From Eledone cirrhosa (Eukaryota): a stretch of 64,000 nucleotides of DNA. Both the position numbers and the translations under genes were made by a program. A model generated the notes under the pieces. That model saw nothing but the letters and a program-made list of their open reading frames with translations. It ran no database searches and was not told where the DNA came from. The stretch is from NCBI GenBank assembly GCA_964016885.1, contig OZ024743.1, positions 161,944,001 to 162,008,000 of the forward strand, written 5' to 3'. Numbering within the stretch: position 1 is the stretch's first letter; every line of letters starts with the position of its first letter. This document shows, piece after piece, positions 61,960 through 64,000 of the stretch.

Positions 61960-63052
61960 ACACACGCGTACAGATATATACACATACCTACAGGCATAAA
62001 CGCAGAAACTGATAGAAACACGCATTGAAATGTTGGTGTTAGAACTTCTAATGTTCGCATATACGATTCTTTTGGCACAGTATATTGGTACAAATACTAA
62101 TTATTATGAAAGATTTTACTACAATTTATATTACTGTTAGAACTATGAAATAGGAATTGAATTTCTTGCATTTATTTAAGTGAAGAGGTGAAATCGTATG
62201 ACATTCATGGTTTACCCAAGAGCATTACCGATATAAGCAAAAAATAAAATGAGCACAACTAGGTATTTTAAACTCAGCAGTGCTCACCACACCACGAGTT
62301 ATATTTTAGCAATGTTTTTCTTACGTTCTATTCGTGATACATACAAATAGCACACAGGCAACTGTTACAGCATATACCCTTTAACAGAAATCTGTTTTGA
62401 ATTCTCACAGCACTGATATTACTATTTAGCAATAGACTATAGTAATGATATAATAAATTAACACCTTTGTCCACAGACTGAGCTACTGAATAAAGAAGTC
62501 TCATTCTAGTTAAACATTTTCTTTTATTTACCACATGGAATCCAACAAATAGTAAATTGCTGTTGAACACTTTGTAACACTTATGTATTTTCATGAATAT
62601 GTTTACATTTCATTTTAAAATGTGATAAAAAGTTAGATGGAGTTGTCATCTGAAGTTGAAAAAAAAGCAACAAAAACATATTTCATAAAGAGAAAAGAAC
62701 CAAAAAATAAATAAAAAGCTTTGATATTTCAAGGAATTATGAACCCTGAATGTTGTATATCTTTATATAATATATGACATATCGACTTTAAAATATCTAC
62801 TGTCAGTCAGTACCTATAAGAAAGGAGTTTCGTTGGTGCATCATTCTGGAGCGAGGAGAGTAAAGGAGGCAGCTAGTGAACATCTAACGCTACACCCACT
62901 CTAAAGAGAACCTTTCACTTTCCTTAAATTTTGAGCATATCTCCCCGACCCGAAGTCCGAAAAGCAGTTTAATTCCGCTTTGCAAAATTTCTTTCGGATG
63001 CCTTGCTGTCAGTAAGGTAATAGTTAATATCTCATATTATTATTTTATTATT

Positions 63053-63405
63053 AGGGCGGTGGATTGGCAGAATCGGTAGAGCGTCGGACAATATGGTTAG
63101 CGGCATAGAGTTACGTCCATTTACATTCTGATTTCAGATCCCGCCGAGGTCAGCTTTGCCTTTCATCCTTACAGTGTCGATAAAATAAAGTACCAATAAT
63201 GCATTGGGGTCGATTTAATTGACTTTCCCTTTTCCCCAAAATTGCTGGCCTTGTGCCTAAATCAGAAACCATTATTATTATTATTATTAACTTTGGTTAA
63301 CTTTGCCTTTCATCTTTACGGGGTCGATAAAATAAAGTACCAGTAATGTACTGGATAATTGCTGGCCTTGTGCCTAAAGTAGAAACAATTATTATTATTA
63401 TTATT
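63053..63405 (+). mobile_element. Two adjacent SINE family A copies with (TTA)n tails
   Basis: Full copy 63053-63290, truncated copy about 63295-63405. Confidence 0.8.
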
Positions 63406-63528
63406 GTTTTTTTTTACTCTTTCTTCAATATTGTTTTTTGCCGAGTGTCTTCCTGACACCTCGGGCAAATAAACTCACTGTATACATTGGTAAGCCAGTT
63501 AACACACCATATTGATTATATTTACAGC

Positions 63529-63628
<100 letters not shown>

Positions 63629-63710
63629 CACATGCACATATACACACACAGACATCCTTATATATATATACACATTCATACACACGCAGATACATACACA
63701 CGCATAATTC

Positions 63711-64000
63711 TCACTGAGATAGTGCTCCTCTCAATATGAGCGCAGTACCAGTTAAAGCAATTTTTTGCTCCTCTTGCAGAGAGGGTAAACCAGGGATCAG
63801 TCTCAAATACTGTTCTGTTCCTTTCTTGATCATTCCCAGTGCTCCCACAATCACTGGTATTGTAACGATCTTGAGATGCCACATTCTCTCAATGAGCAAA
63901 TCTTTATATTTTCTTAGCTAGTCAAATTCTTTTACTGCAATATTGTGGTCACATGGGATGCTCATATCAATCAGTAAACAGACCTTGCTATGTTGGTCTT
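63711..64000 (-). mobile_element. C-terminus of a different R4/Dong-like element (runs off the window)
   Basis: [45 protein letters not shown]. Confidence 0.8.

Overview
AT-rich, repeat-dense animal genomic DNA. The SINE families and microsatellite content suggest an octopod cephalopod (inference). The only host gene I can support is a + strand very-long-chain acyl-CoA dehydrogenase (ACADVL): 17 GT-AG exons from 1127 to the stop at 33385, about 562 codons in one continuous frame, with its 5' exons upstream of the window. Nearly everything else is transposon-derived: two CRE-like fragments, a hAT element with TIRs and an 8-bp TSD, a CR1-like RT fragment, a non-autonomous Helitron, a Penelope-like (Naiad-type) element with about 857-bp inverted arms, a truncated Gypsy element with a tRNA-Leu PBS, RTE LINEs, tandem R4/Dong-like elements in (ATGT)n, many SINEs, a 38-bp minisatellite and long microsatellites. 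The most interesting signals are (i) several hammerhead-ribozyme motifs in inverted pairs inside and just downstream of ACADVL, (ii) a 35-bp tandem repeat of an ACADVL 3' splice site that could add an in-frame 12-aa hydrophobic insert, (iii) apparent (ATGT)n targeting by R4/Dong-like and RTE-derived elements, and (iv) an unexplained GC/CpG-rich segment at about 49.7-50.5 kb. All calls were made by eye, without database searches.
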